Positions 40,905 to 50,338 of a stretch of DNA of 64,000 nucleotides are shown here, one piece after another. The position numbers and the translations under genes are program-made. Each line of letters opens with the position of its first letter. The first letter of the stretch is position 1. The notes below the pieces were generated by a model. The model ran no database searches, had not been told where the DNA came from, and saw nothing but the letters and a program-made list of their open reading frames with translations. The stretch is from Spirochaetaceae bacterium (GTDB lineage: Bacteria; Spirochaetota; Spirochaetia; DSM-2461), in assembly GCA_965224705.1 (NCBI GenBank), contig OZ245056.1, forward strand, positions 832,001-896,000. The letters run 5' to 3'.

Positions 40905-41465
40905 TTACCAATGAGCACGAGGTATTTCACCCGGATTATCTGCTATTTCTGAATATTTAGCCTTATATACGCTTAACTCATCTAGTCCACTCGCATATGC
41001 TCCATAATGACTTTCAGGAATTAACCCCGGATTACGTTCAATCTCATCATATATATTTTTAAAAGTGGTTAAATCATGTGGGCCAGCGGCATATAGGCCA
41101 AATTGAGTACGAGGTATGTTACCTGGATCTTCCATTATTTCTATGTACCTGGTTTTAAATTCGCTCAAGCTATAATATGCACATCCTGCAAAGACACCAA
41201 ACATGTAACTCGGAATTTCTCCAGGAGAGTTTGATATTTCTTCATGCCTAGCTTTAAAAAGTTCTAAATCTTCAAGTCCTGCAGCATAATTCCCGAATTG
41301 CTCAATTGGAATACTACCTGGATTACTTTTTATCTCTGAATATCTCATTTTAAATACTTCCAAGTCATGTTGAGAGTCAGAGTAACCCATTACTCCACTT
41401 GCATATACAAGACTATAACTCGTTGTCAGGAGAATTATAACTAATATATATTTGATATTCCTCAT
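40905..41465 (-). CDS. Secreted hypothetical protein with about five ~33-aa tandem repeats
   Basis: Signal peptide; repeat DL..FK.RY.EI..NPG.IP...FG.YAAG; GAGGAG RBS. Confidence 0.8.
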   Translation of the reverse strand: MRNIKYILVIILLTTSYSLVYASGVMGYSDSQHDLEVFKMRYSEIKSNPGSIPIEQFGNYAAGLEDLELFKARHEEISNSPGEIPSYMFGVFAGCAYYSLSEFKTRYIEIMEDPGNIPRTQFGLYAAGPHDLTTFKNIYDEIERNPGLIPESHYGAYASGLDELSVYKAKYSEIADNPGEIPRAHW

Positions 41466-41651
41466 GAGTTCTCCTCATACTAACTCAACCAAATCCTCAT
41501 TGAAAATGAAACTTTTGTCAAGCTCTTTACATGGGAAAACCATTTCTCTATGTTCTACCTGAATCCGTATAAAAAAGGTTCAAACTCTTGTGATATAATG
41601 GTTTATGACTGAAAAACCAATTAACCCAGGAGGTGAGCCTTATGAAAATAG

Positions 41652-41801
41652 GACTACCTGTCAGAATGTGTGGGCAGGGGGAGGAATCGGAAGCTTAGCT
41701 AAGTCATGAAACAAAGCGATTTGCAGAACATTGAAGGTTCTAAAACCATAAGATTTTTTGTCTCGGAGCTTTAGAGCACCCACACATTCTGACAGGGAGC
41801 C
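41652..41801 (-). mobile_element. Mini-ISL3 (internally deleted, ~150 bp)
   Basis: 41756-41801 identical to 40844-40889; joined to the transposase tail (YGFRTF...ALFH.L.KLP.P...HTF*) and inverted end CCTGTCAGAATGTGTGGG. Confidence 0.75.
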
Positions 41802-42197
41802 ATTTTCTTTTCTGAACGTACAGATCGTATCATGGTCGGGATGCAGGTTTCCGCCGCAGATATATCGAGCTTCCACATTGTTCCAGGTAGACTGCTCAAT
41901 CTTTCGGGAAGAAAACACGCCTGTCGCGTAACTGTAGATCAATAGGCAGAGCATCATTGTGGAGGAATACTGAGCTTTGCCGCTGCCTCGGGTATTGGTT
42001 TTGAAACCATTAAATTCAATGTATCCACTGCATCAATTATAAAATGAACAATACTGTCTTCTGACACCCAATCCTTCAGATCCGGCGGAAACAACATGGG
42101 TGTCTGGCGATCAAAATGAATAAATCTTGCTGACATATCCTCTCCTCCTAATGGGATTATATTAGAATTCTTATCAACCTTAAAACCCGACAGACTC
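41802..42197 (-). mobile_element. IS1182-family left-end remnant with frameshifted N-terminal (DUF772-like) transposase fragment
   Basis: MSARF..FDRQTPMLFPPDLKDWV.EDS.VHFIIDAV, then MML.LLIYSYATGVFSSRKIE...HPDHDTICTFR; end GAGTCTGTCGGGTTTTAAGG. Confidence 0.8.
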
Positions 42198-43271
42198 CTG
42201 GTCGGCCAGGGATTGCAGGGCCTCTGCAAAAGGAGCTTTCAATATCCCTTTTTCACAAATTATGCCGGTAACCAGTTCTCCCGGTGTTACATCAAAGGCC
42301 GGATTCCATACCCTGACTCCGGCAGGCCCGGTTCTTTTTGCTCCAAAATTGCTGACTTCATCGGCATCTCTTTCTTCTATGGGAATGGCGGCACCGGAAG
42401 GAGTCGCCAAATCAACGGTGGAAAAAGGGCAGGCCACATAAAACGGAATATCGAAATGCTTTGCCAACAGGGCCAGTCCGTATGTACCAATTTTATTCGC
42501 GACATCGCCGTTGGCGGCAATTCTGTCCGTACCCACGAGAACAAGATCCACCTTTCCGGATGCCATCAAACTTGCCGCCATACTGTCGCAGATCAATGTT
42601 ACATCCATCCCGGCCCGCTGGAGTTCCCAACTGGTAAGCCTTGCCCCCTGCAGCAATGGCCGGGTTTCACCGGCATAGACTCTAAACGACAGGCCCTCCT
42701 GATGAGCAAGGTACAGGGGGGCGGTTGCGGTACCAAGAATGGATGTGGCAAGGCTGCCAGCGTTGCAATGAGTTTGAATACCCATGCCGTCTTTTACAAG
42801 AGGTCTGCCGGCCTCTCCTATGGCTCGGCAAAGATCCCTGTCCTGGCGGTGGATGGCCTCGGCCTCATTCTTGAGTAAATTGACTATCCCTACCGTATTC
42901 GCCCCACTTTCAAAGGCGGATATGGCCGTTCTCACCATGCGATTCAAAGCCCATGACAAATTGACCGCCGTAGGCCGCGAACTGCCCAGATAGGCCGCCA
43001 GTTGTTTCAGCCTTTTTAGAAACTGGCCAGCGGGAAGATTCCCGAATTTAAGGGCACCGATGTAAAGGCCATAGGCTCCGGCTATTCCAATGGCCGGAGC
43101 ACCCCGAACCTTCAGCCGTTTGATGGAATTCCAGACATCCTCAACCGATGTCTGTTCCTCCCGCACCACCTCAAGGGGCAGCAGCGTTTGATCCAGGAAG
43201 AAGAGATTTTCATTCTCCCAATACACCGACAGGACTTCCATTTTCTCATCTAGTTTCTGTTTCTTTGCCAT
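42180..43271 (-). CDS. mtnA: Methylthioribose-1-phosphate isomerase
   Basis: LDQTLLP, VRGAPAIG, SRPTAVNL, THCNAGSLAT, ETRPLLQGARLT, NGDVANKIGT, NPAFDVTP; start uncertain. Confidence 0.95.
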   Translation of the reverse strand: MAKKQKLDEKMEVLSVYWENENLFFLDQTLLPLEVVREEQTSVEDVWNSIKRLKVRGAPAIGIAGAYGLYIGALKFGNLPAGQFLKRLKQLAAYLGSSRPTAVNLSWALNRMVRTAISAFESGANTVGIVNLLKNEAEAIHRQDRDLCRAIGEAGRPLVKDGMGIQTHCNAGSLATSILGTATAPLYLAHQEGLSFRVYAGETRPLLQGARLTSWELQRAGMDVTLICDSMAASLMASGKVDLVLVGTDRIAANGDVANKIGTYGLALLAKHFDIPFYVACPFSTVDLATPSGAAIPIEERDADEVSNFGAKRTGPAGVRVWNPAFDVTPGELVTGIICEKGILKAPFAEALQSLADQESVGF

Positions 43272-43276
43272 ATACT

Positions 43277-44548
43277 TTATGAAATATCGTGCTTCTCCCT
43301 GAGCCTCTGCTGAAGTTTTACACACTGACCGCGGATTTCGTCAAAACCGGGTATCTTTTTATTTTCCATCAATACTTTGCCTGATACCAGCAATGTTTTG
43401 ACATCCCCAGCCGCCGCCGAGTAGACAAGAGATGAGCTGAGGTTCCAGAGAGGCGTCATCTGGGCTTCGCCTGTATCGACAAGCATGATGTCGGCTTCCA
43501 TACCGGGACGAATAAAACCGCCTCCGGTGCCGAAACGCTCCGCCCCTGCCTCAGTGGCAATTTTCAAAATTTCATGGGCAGGAAGGATGGAAGGATCACC
43601 TGTTGCCGACTTCTGCAGCAATGCCGCGAATTTCATCTCTTCCAGCATATCAAGATTGTTGTTGGAACCTGCACCATCGGTGCCAAGGAGTATTCGCACA
43701 TTTTTTTCTTTCAATCTTTGATAGGGAAATACTCCGTTTCCAAGCTTCATGTTGGATATGGGGTTATGGATAACCGTTACACCATGGTCGGCCAGAATAT
43801 CTACATCATCATCGTCGAGATGAACGGTATGGGCGGCCAGGAGTCTATCACTCAGCAGACCCAGGTCTCTTAAATACTGTACCGGCGATCTCCCCTCATT
43901 CTGTATACGGCAATCTTCAACTTCCTTCCGGCTTTCCGACAAATGAATGTGGACATCAAGATTTAAATCCCTGCTGAAGTCGCGTGTCCATTCGATGGAC
44001 TCCCTGCTATCAGCATACACCGAATGCAATGCCACACCGAGCTGGACACCAGCAGGCGGGCGGGATTCCTTGAAAAAGACCTCACAGTCCTTCCACATCT
44101 TTCTCCCATCATCGGGATTTATTCCATCAATAATCGGATAATGAATCATGCTTTTCAGGGGAATATCTTCCAGGGCCTTCAAGGCGATTCGGGGCTTGAA
44201 ATACATCTCGTTGAAAAAGCCCGTACCGCCGCGGATCATCTCGGCGATGGCCAGCCGATTCCCCCAGTAAAAATCTTCTTCCGTAAAGCTGTTTTCAAGG
44301 GGCCACATACGCTTCGTCAGCCAGTCCATCAAAGGCATATCATCACCGGCCCCCCGAAGAAGTACCATGGGAGAATGGGTATGGGCGTTCACCAGAGATG
44401 GGAGGGCGGCCGTTTCCCGTCCATCTATTATCTTGAGATCCTCTTCGTCCGGGGTGAGTTTATGCCCCACACTGTGAATCCTTGAACCTTCAATCAGGAT
44501 GTCTTGAATTTGACCATCCAGCAGAGTATCACGAATGAGTGTTTTCAA
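43277..44548 (-). CDS. mtaD: MTA/SAH/5'-deoxyadenosine deaminase-like amidohydrolase
   Basis: NAHTH, HIHLSE, AH.VHL, HNPISNMKLG, GTDGAGSNNNLDM. Confidence 0.8.
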   Translation of the reverse strand: MKTLIRDTLLDGQIQDILIEGSRIHSVGHKLTPDEEDLKIIDGRETAALPSLVNAHTHSPMVLLRGAGDDMPLMDWLTKRMWPLENSFTEEDFYWGNRLAIAEMIRGGTGFFNEMYFKPRIALKALEDIPLKSMIHYPIIDGINPDDGRKMWKDCEVFFKESRPPAGVQLGVALHSVYADSRESIEWTRDFSRDLNLDVHIHLSESRKEVEDCRIQNEGRSPVQYLRDLGLLSDRLLAAHTVHLDDDDVDILADHGVTVIHNPISNMKLGNGVFPYQRLKEKNVRILLGTDGAGSNNNLDMLEEMKFAALLQKSATGDPSILPAHEILKIATEAGAERFGTGGGFIRPGMEADIMLVDTGEAQMTPLWNLSSSLVYSAAAGDVKTLLVSGKVLMENKKIPGFDEIRGQCVKLQQRLREKHDIS

Positions 44549-45396
44549 GAGCCGAATCCTTTGCCGGAGGGGTCAACTGGAAGTATCCTGAGGAATTCGC
44601 GGATGAGCGCGGCAAATTTGGGCGTCACCTTTTTTCCTGTCTCAATCACCTCTTCTGAAGTAATCGGCTGATCCAGGATTCCGGCCGCTAAATTGCTGAT
44701 ACAGGAGATGCCTGCCGTCTGGATTCCGCAATGGGCCGCCGCGATGGCCTCGGGTACGGTCGACATGCCTGCCGTGTCTCCCCCCATTATCGCGGCCATG
44801 CGAATTTCGGCGGGGGTTTCAAAGGACGGACCTGTAAACCATGTGTACACACCTTCCTTGATTTCAACATCCTTGTTTGCCGCCGCGGTTCTGATCATCT
44901 GACGCAGATCCTCCGACCAGCAATAACTCATATCGGGAAATCTTGGGCCAAATCGTTCATCATTTTCGCCTATCAGGGGATTTTGTCCGGTCAGATTGAT
45001 ATGATCGGTGATCAGCATGAGATCGCCGGGGGAAAAAGACCTGTTGATGCCTCCCGATGCGTTGGTTAGAAGAAGCCGCGGACAGCCCAGAATTTTGAGC
45101 AACCGTATTGAATAGACAATATCGGCCATATCATATCCTTCGTAGTAATGGAACCGGCCCATCATAACCATCACACGGTGTCCTCCAAGCCTGCCAATCA
45201 ACAGACGGGAAACATGACCCGGCGCTGTAGAGACGGGGAATCCAGGCAGTTCTTCGTAGGGTATGGTGATGGAATCTTCCAGTTCTTCGGCCAGGGAACT
45301 CAAGCCGGAACCCAATACCAACGCGATATCCGGGCTTTGACCGCAGCGGTCTGTGATTAAATTACTTGCATTTTCCAAATTACGGTACATTTTCAT
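44545..45396 (-). CDS. punA: Purine nucleoside phosphorylase (trimeric type)
   Basis: LGSGL, GRFHYYEG, TNASGG, GPSFETPAE, GMSTVPE, SNLAAG. Confidence 0.9.
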   Translation of the reverse strand: MKMYRNLENASNLITDRCGQSPDIALVLGSGLSSLAEELEDSITIPYEELPGFPVSTAPGHVSRLLIGRLGGHRVMVMMGRFHYYEGYDMADIVYSIRLLKILGCPRLLLTNASGGINRSFSPGDLMLITDHINLTGQNPLIGENDERFGPRFPDMSYCWSEDLRQMIRTAAANKDVEIKEGVYTWFTGPSFETPAEIRMAAIMGGDTAGMSTVPEAIAAAHCGIQTAGISCISNLAAGILDQPITSEEVIETGKKVTPKFAALIREFLRILPVDPSGKGFGS

Positions 45397-45409
45397 TAAA
45401 AACCTAAGC

Positions 45410-45436
45410 GTCCGCCGCCGGAGAAGGCGGCGGGAC
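45410..45436 (-). terminator. GC-rich intercistronic hairpin after the BMP gene
   Basis: GTCCGCCGCC-GGAGAA-GGCGGCGGGAC; U-tract weak. Confidence 0.5.
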
Positions 45437-45444
45437 TATCTTGA

Positions 45445-46497
45445 TTACATGTTGGCTTCAGATCTGCTTTGAGGAACAATAACCTCGCCCGAAAGAATGT
45501 CTTTCTTTGCTTTTTTGACGGCATCCTTTACGGTGCTGGGTACGACTGAATCAAATTTATGGAAGGGAGCAATATCAACGGCATCTTCAGCAAGACCAAA
45601 AACGCTGTTGGTGCCGCCCTGAAAACTGCCATCGATAAAACTCTTGATGGTCAGGTACGCGGCCTGTTGTGTTCCCTTCAATGCCGAAGTAATAACGTAA
45701 TCGGGAGCCACCGAATTCTGGTCGATGTCCGCACCAATCGCCAGAATATTCTTTTCCTGTGCTGCCGTGAAGATACCCATGCCGGTCAAGCCGGCGATTT
45801 GTATCACAATGTCAGCATCCTGTTCAGCAAGCGCGATGGCGGCTTCCTTCCCCTTCGCCTGATCGGTAAAGGTTCCAGTAACCGCGGAGAGCACTTCAAC
45901 ATCGGGATTTACCGACCTGGCCCCTTCGGCGAATCCAACAAAATACCGTTCTACAGGCGGAATATCCATGCCAAGAACGGCACCAATGACGTTTTCGTCG
46001 TTGAGCTTGTCCGAACTATCGGCGTAGTCCTTCGTCATCAACCCGGCGACAATACCGGCCAGATAGCCGGATTCATGCTCTTTCCAGTTGATTCCAAGGA
46101 CGTTGGAAGGAACTGTAGCCGGATCGTAGAAAAGGTCAATTCCCGCGAACATCGCTTCAGGATAGTTTGGCGCTACCTCAAGAAGAGCATCGTGGAACAA
46201 AAAGCCTACGGCAAAAATGAGTTTTGCTCCATCATCAGCCAGCCCTGACAGATTCGGAACAAAATCGGTCATCGCGGCCGGTTCAATCAATCGGATCTCA
46301 ATCAATCCTTCATCCTCAGCCTTCTTCAGTCCGGCATAGACACCGTCGTTGAAGGAACCATCTCCAAGCCCATTGGCGTCCGTGGCCATACCGACGATGA
46401 GTTTCCCCCCTCCAGGTTCTGTCTCACCTGCTGCAAATACCATTGCTGCGGAAGCAGCAAGAAGTATAACCGTAAAAACTGTATGTATTTTTTTCAT
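45445..46497 (-). CDS. BMP-family nucleoside ABC substrate-binding protein
   Basis: GLGDGSFND, VGF, EHESGYLAG, AGLTG.G, GADIDQ, TSALK. Confidence 0.92.
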   Translation of the reverse strand: MKKIHTVFTVILLAASAAMVFAAGETEPGGGKLIVGMATDANGLGDGSFNDGVYAGLKKAEDEGLIEIRLIEPAAMTDFVPNLSGLADDGAKLIFAVGFLFHDALLEVAPNYPEAMFAGIDLFYDPATVPSNVLGINWKEHESGYLAGIVAGLMTKDYADSSDKLNDENVIGAVLGMDIPPVERYFVGFAEGARSVNPDVEVLSAVTGTFTDQAKGKEAAIALAEQDADIVIQIAGLTGMGIFTAAQEKNILAIGADIDQNSVAPDYVITSALKGTQQAAYLTIKSFIDGSFQGGTNSVFGLAEDAVDIAPFHKFDSVVPSTVKDAVKKAKKDILSGEVIVPQSRSEANM

Positions 46498-46525
46498 ACA
46501 CCCCCCTTACCGGACAACGCCGGAT

Positions 46526-47497
46526 TTAATTCTTGTCAAAGATCGGATCAGATTTCTCGATTTGGAAATCATTTCCAAGTGCTTTTGGTGCCCTGGATTT
46601 ATGAACCAGCCCGGCAACTGCCAGCAGTGCGGCAACATACGGGAATATAAGGAATATTTCTGTTGGTACCCTGAATATTCCCAGTACCTGTATCCGTAAG
46701 GCCAGGGCATCCACCAATCCGAAAAAATACGAGGCCACAAGGCTGCCGATGATGGTCCAGCCGCCAGCAATGTTCGCGCCAAGAGCAATGAAACCTCTCC
46801 CTCCTGTCATGCCTTCGGTGAAGCTGTAGCTGTTTTCAATAGAAAGATAGGCTCCGGCCAGACCGCAAAGGATTCCGCTCAGAACCACGGCATAGTACCG
46901 AACCTTTTTTACCGAAATACCAAGGGTTTCCAGAGCTATGGGATGTTCACCGGCCGCGTTGATATGTAAGCCTAACCGTGTTTTTTTCATAACCCATATG
47001 AATAACAGCACAACTGCATACATCATGTATACAATGGGCGTTTGATTGAACAGCACTTGTCCCAATAGAGGAATCTTGCTCAGCAGAGGCAGGGCAAACC
47101 TGTATTCTGATAGTGAATGCGGTATAACTTCCGATGTGCCGGGATGACCATAGAACAGTACCATCAGGTATCGGGTTATGCCGAATCCCAGGATATTGAT
47201 AACCGCGCCGGAAACCACATGGTTAAGATGCAGGGAAATTGTTGCCCATGCATGGAACATGGCAAGCAATCCGCCAGCCGCCATGCCGGCCAGGACTCCT
47301 ATCCAGGGGTCGGCGGTTATCCATGCGGCCCAGGCGGCAAAGAACGCGCCCATCAGCATCATCCCCTCCATGGCTATGTTGATGATTCCGGACCGCTCGC
47401 AGATGGCGGCACCTATTGAGGCCAGAATAATCGGGGTGGACAGCCGGGTAGCCGCATGGAGGAAATCCGCATTAAACAGATCAAAGAAGCCTGTCAT
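46526..47497 (-). CDS. Nucleoside ABC permease (NupC/YufQ-like)
   Basis: ERSGIINIAMEGMML, GEHP, GRGFIAL; GGAAGGG RBS before ATG 47497. Confidence 0.9.
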   Translation of the reverse strand: MTGFFDLFNADFLHAATRLSTPIILASIGAAICERSGIINIAMEGMMLMGAFFAAWAAWITADPWIGVLAGMAAGGLLAMFHAWATISLHLNHVVSGAVINILGFGITRYLMVLFYGHPGTSEVIPHSLSEYRFALPLLSKIPLLGQVLFNQTPIVYMMYAVVLLFIWVMKKTRLGLHINAAGEHPIALETLGISVKKVRYYAVVLSGILCGLAGAYLSIENSYSFTEGMTGGRGFIALGANIAGGWTIIGSLVASYFFGLVDALALRIQVLGIFRVPTEIFLIFPYVAALLAVAGLVHKSRAPKALGNDFQIEKSDPIFDKN

Positions 47498-48702
47498 CCC
47501 TTCCTCCTGAAACAGGAGAAGACATGCCGGGCAAGAATCAGGAAGAGTATCAAACCTTTGATAATCTCGATAATGGATGTGGGTGTTTGAATGGTTCTTG
47601 CCATGTACTGTCCACCGGCATCGATGGCACCCCAAAGAAGGGCGCAGAAAACAACCCCGATGGCCGATGTTCCGGCGAGCAGGGCAACGGCAATTCCGTT
47701 CCATCCGTATCCGGCATTCAGATTCTCGAACATCTTGTGATCCAGACCCAGAACCTGGGTGGTGCCCGCAAAGGCGGCAAGTCCGCCGGATATCAGCAGG
47801 GTGATCATGATGATATACCCTACACGTATTCCCTGTGTCCGGGCAGCATCGGGATTCAAACCGACCGCCCGGATTTCAAAACCAAGACGCGTTCGGTAGA
47901 GTATGTGCTGTACCAGGACTGCCGTGACAATGGCGATGAGAATTCCGATGTGCAGGCGGTAGTTGGTTTCCGGCATGAATGTTTTGAATTTCATCAGCCA
48001 GGTTGATTCCCGCACGGGATCGGTAATGTACGCGTGAGTAGAAAGTGCCGGATCGCCGCCGTTGAACCGGATAAACATGGAAGAAAGTGTGCGTGCCACG
48101 TAGGCCAGCATCATGGTTGTTACCACCTCATGGGCACCTGTTTTCACTTTGAGGATCGCGGGGACGGCGTTGTACGCGGCACCGGCCATAGCGGCAAGAA
48201 AATAGATTAAAGGAATAACAGCAAGCGGGGGCCAATTCAGCCTGATACCAAGCCATGTGGTGGCCATTGCGCCGATGTAATATTGACCCTCAGCACCTAT
48301 GTTGAACAAACCGCATTTGAACGCGAACGATATGGAGAGGCCCGTGAATATCAAGGGCGTCGCGTTGAGTATGGAAACATGCCAGTTCTTAACGAGCCCG
48401 CCGTATATCATGGCTCCGAAGGATGCCAGCGGACGGTAGCCAGTGATGAGCAGGAGTATCCCGCCGACAAAAAAAGCAAGCAGAACCCCGGCCAATGGGT
48501 AGCGGACAGCCGTGACTCCTCTTGAAAACGAGCCAGCAAGAGCGGTCCGGCCATGTTCCAGATATTGGTTAAAAAGCCACAGGCAAACCGCGGCAGCAAG
48601 GAAAACCAGACCGATATGCCTGCTCCCCATGTACAGCACAGTACCGATGACGGCAAGGAGACTCGCCGTAATTCTCAACGCCTTAGGCATAAACCGCTTC
48701 AC
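47494..48702 (-). CDS. Nucleoside ABC permease (NupB/YufP-like)
   Basis: GLFNIGAEGQ, HEVVTTMML, GFEIRAVGLNP.AA, GYGWNGIAVALL. Confidence 0.9.
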   Translation of the reverse strand: MKRFMPKALRITASLLAVIGTVLYMGSRHIGLVFLAAAVCLWLFNQYLEHGRTALAGSFSRGVTAVRYPLAGVLLAFFVGGILLLITGYRPLASFGAMIYGGLVKNWHVSILNATPLIFTGLSISFAFKCGLFNIGAEGQYYIGAMATTWLGIRLNWPPLAVIPLIYFLAAMAGAAYNAVPAILKVKTGAHEVVTTMMLAYVARTLSSMFIRFNGGDPALSTHAYITDPVRESTWLMKFKTFMPETNYRLHIGILIAIVTAVLVQHILYRTRLGFEIRAVGLNPDAARTQGIRVGYIIMITLLISGGLAAFAGTTQVLGLDHKMFENLNAGYGWNGIAVALLAGTSAIGVVFCALLWGAIDAGGQYMARTIQTPTSIIEIIKGLILFLILARHVFSCFRRKG

Positions 48703-50224
48703 TTCCCTCCCCGCCGGTCATATAATAACCCACCTCTTTTCGGCTTGCTTCTTCCCTTTTGAATTCCTTGTGGATTCGGCCCTCAAACATCACCAGAATA
48801 CGATCCGACAGGTTGAAGATTTCCTCAAGCTCAAGTGATAGAAGAAGAATGCCGATGTCACGATCCCGCATGGCGATCAGCTGTCCATGAATATACTCTA
48901 TCGCGCCGACATCAAGTCCCCTTGTCGGCTGGGAAATGAGGAGGAACTTCGGTTCCCTGTCGAATTCCCTTGCCAGTATAACTTTTTGCTGATTTCCGCC
49001 GGAGAGGCTTTCTGCCCTCAGCCGGGGGCCGCTTGTAACGATATCGAACCGCTCAATAAGATCGACCGCCTTGTCTTGAACAGCCTGCCGATTGATATGG
49101 CCATGCTTGACCAGGGATTCCCTGTATTGATTGCCGAGAAGAACATTCTCCGATATGGAAAACGGCAGAATCAGGCCGTCCTTCTGCCGGTTGGCCGGAA
49201 CGTAACCTATGCCTCTGTTTATACGGCTCATAACACTCCATTTGTTGATGGGTTCTCCATTCAAACAAACGGTACCAGATCGAATTCGGCGGGTTCCTAC
49301 CACAGACTCGGCCAGTTCTTCCTGTCCATTCCCGGCCACCCCGGCAATGCCGACAATTTCACCCGGCCTGACATGGAGCGACACGCCGCTGACCGCGGGA
49401 AGTCCGCGGTTATCCATAACCTCAAGGCCGTTTATTTCAAAACACCGCTTATCAAGAACCTCGTGTGTCGTTCTTTCAAATTGAAGCAGGACTTCCCGGC
49501 CAACCATGTGCCTGGCCAGTTCCGCGGAACTGATTTCCGCAGTGGGGAACTCACCGGTAATACGGCCCTTCCTCAGAATATAAACCCGCTCTGAAATGGC
49601 CCTGATTTCTTCCAGTTTATGCGTTATGACGATGATGGAGACTCCCTGATCGCGGAGGTTTCTGACAACATTGAAAAAACCTTCTATCTCCTGGGGCGTG
49701 AGCACAGCAGTCGGTTCATCAAGGATGAGGATGCGGGCCTTTCTGTACAGGGCCTTCAATACTTCAACCCTTTGCTGCAGGCCCACGGTCAGGTCTCCAA
49801 CCAGACTATCGGGATCAATGTCCAGATGATAGCGCCGGGACAATTCCCTGATTTCCTGACGGGCTTTTTTATAATCGATGCCTATTCGTGTTAAGGGCTC
49901 AGCTCCCAGGATAATGTTCTGGGTTGTTGTGAGCGTTTCCACAAGCATAAAATGCTGATGAACCATGCTCAGGCCATTGGAAATGGCTTCCCGGGGAGAA
50001 GTGAACTTCGCCTCCTTGCCGTATAGCAGCACACGGCCCTGATCGGGGTGGTATAATCCGTAAAGAATGTTCATCAACGTGGATTTTCCGGCACCGTTCT
50101 CACCCAGGATGCTGATGATTTCTCCCTCAAAGAGTTTGATGCTGATATTCTGATTGGCCTGAACAGTCCCGAAACGCTTTGAAACACCTTGAGTTTCCAG
50201 AATGGCCTTTCCAATCGTATTCAT
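48683..50224 (-). CDS. Nucleoside/sugar ABC ATP-binding protein (two NBDs)
   Basis: GENGAGKSTLM, LILDEPTAVL, LSGGNQQK, QPTRGLDVGA. Confidence 0.95.
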   Translation of the reverse strand: MNTIGKAILETQGVSKRFGTVQANQNISIKLFEGEIISILGENGAGKSTLMNILYGLYHPDQGRVLLYGKEAKFTSPREAISNGLSMVHQHFMLVETLTTTQNIILGAEPLTRIGIDYKKARQEIRELSRRYHLDIDPDSLVGDLTVGLQQRVEVLKALYRKARILILDEPTAVLTPQEIEGFFNVVRNLRDQGVSIIVITHKLEEIRAISERVYILRKGRITGEFPTAEISSAELARHMVGREVLLQFERTTHEVLDKRCFEINGLEVMDNRGLPAVSGVSLHVRPGEIVGIAGVAGNGQEELAESVVGTRRIRSGTVCLNGEPINKWSVMSRINRGIGYVPANRQKDGLILPFSISENVLLGNQYRESLVKHGHINRQAVQDKAVDLIERFDIVTSGPRLRAESLSGGNQQKVILAREFDREPKFLLISQPTRGLDVGAIEYIHGQLIAMRDRDIGILLLSLELEEIFNLSDRILVMFEGRIHKEFKREEASRKEVGYYMTGGEGSEAVYA

Positions 50225-50338
50225 CCTGGTACTAATACTATCCCCCGATGCCTCAAACTGTCAAATAAATTAAACACGGTAAATTTCATACGTTGGCAAT
50301 AACTTGGCATGAGTGATTCATCTGTATATGATTGATTG

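Noticed and set aside
41661..41957. 98-aa ORF as a genuine gene
   Set aside because: Chimeric read-through of an IS1182 fragment, the ISL3 left end and the ISL3 transposase tail.
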